From Chiloscyllium plagiosum (taxonomy: Eukaryota), in the NCBI RefSeq assembly GCF_004010195.1, contig NC_057749.1, positions 24,195,359 through 24,219,657 of the forward strand: 24,299 nucleotides of DNA, written 5' to 3'. The translations under genes were made by a program, and so were the position numbers. Within the stretch, counting starts at the first letter, position 1, and each line of letters begins with the position of its first letter. The notes under the pieces are model-generated. The model saw only the letters and a program-made list of their open reading frames with translations, ran no database searches and was not told where the DNA came from. This document shows positions 23,310-24,299 of the stretch, piece after piece.

Positions 23310-23825
23310 GTACTGGAACTAATACACTCTATGGCCTTGCCTTGCTCCCTCGCACCACTGTGTGCTATCTAAACACATCTGGTGCGGAATGGGTTGTGCC
23401 ATGGTGTTTAGGAAAGATTTAGCTCATTTTTTCCCTCTGCTGCCCACTCTGCATTCTGCTGTTGGACTTTCAGTCTTCACTTTATTTTGTTTATCTTGTT
23501 TTTGTTTCCTTCAGCCGTGGCCTAAAAGCAGTTGATTCTTTTAACAAAAGTTTACAACTCCCTTTCCTTTGGTAAACTCACTTTTCTGGACTTCCCTCTT
23601 GAAGTTGTTCCCTCCTTTCTTGGTGAGAAGTTATTTGACACATTAAACTGGAGTCAATTCTGAAGGCATCAGCTGCTTTAAGGTTACCTTTTTGTACACA
23701 CTGTAAGAGCTGTTTTGTTAAATTTCCTCTATTTTTCCTTCTTTCCTTTGCTTTCTCTTTCACACTCCTGTCTGTCTTGTTCTGTCTCTCTCTTTTTCTT
23801 ACCCCATTCCCTGGCTTGTAAATGG

Positions 23826-24299
23826 TGTGTCTGTCTGTGTCTGTCTGTGTCTGTGTCTGTGTCTGTGTCTGTGTCTGTGTCTGTGTCTGTGTCTGTGTCT
23901 GTGTCTGTGTCTGTGTCTGTGTCTGTGTCTGTGTCTGTGTCTGTGTCTGTGTCTGTGTCTGTGTCTGTGTCTGTGTCTGTGTCTGTGTCTGTGTCTGTGT
24001 CTGTGTCTGTGTCTGTGTCTGTGTCTGTGTCTGTGTCTGTGTCTGTGTCTGTGTCTGTGTCTGTGTCTGTGTCTGTGTCTGTGTCTGTGTCTGTGTCTGT
24101 GTCTGTGTCTGTGTCTGTGTCTGTGTCTGTGTCTGTGTCTGTGTCTGTGTCTGTGTCTGTGTCTGTGTCTGTGTCTGTGTCTGTGTCTGTGTCTGTGTCT
24201 GTGTCTGTGTCTGTGTCTGTGTCTGTGTCTGTGTCTGTGTCTGTGTCTGTGTCTGTGTCTGTGTCTGTGTCTGTGTCTGTGTCTGTGTCTGTGTCTGTG
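23826..24299. repeat. (CTGTGT)n hexanucleotide microsatellite running off the window end
   Basis: Perfect repeat from 23845 to 24299 (about 75 copies), with a degenerate start. Confidence 0.99.

Noticed and set aside
23310..24299. Exon 6b
   Set aside because: No KC.ELEEELK.VTNNLKSLEAQAEK-like sequence is present; it must lie beyond the window.

Overview
Eukaryotic (vertebrate) genomic DNA holding the 5' two-thirds of an alpha-tropomyosin gene (TPM1) on the + strand. The repeats (HE1/V-SINEs, HER1/CR1-type LINE tails) point to a shark or ray; this is an inference. Eight coding exons can be read directly with canonical GT-AG borders and the standard tropomyosin sizes: 1a (80-193), 2a (721-846), 2b (1083-1208), 1b (7512-7643), 3 (17695-17828), 4 (21520-21637), 5 (22769-22839) and 6a (23234-23309). 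Exon 6b onward is not in the window, which ends in a long (CTGTGT)n repeat. The introns contain many SINE and LINE relics, a 371-N gap and several minisatellites. The most notable signals are: (1) a set of TSD-flanked palindromic Penelope-like insertions carrying minimal type I hammerhead-ribozyme cores, one of them intact on the sense strand (5993-6030); (2) the distant-branch-point / AG-exclusion architecture for mutually exclusive exons 2a/2b; (3) RBFOX/QKI motifs around exon 6a and an unexplained strong acceptor between 6a and 6b; (4) a ~35-bp periodic array at 2845-3592. Most ORFs in the supplied track are spurious.
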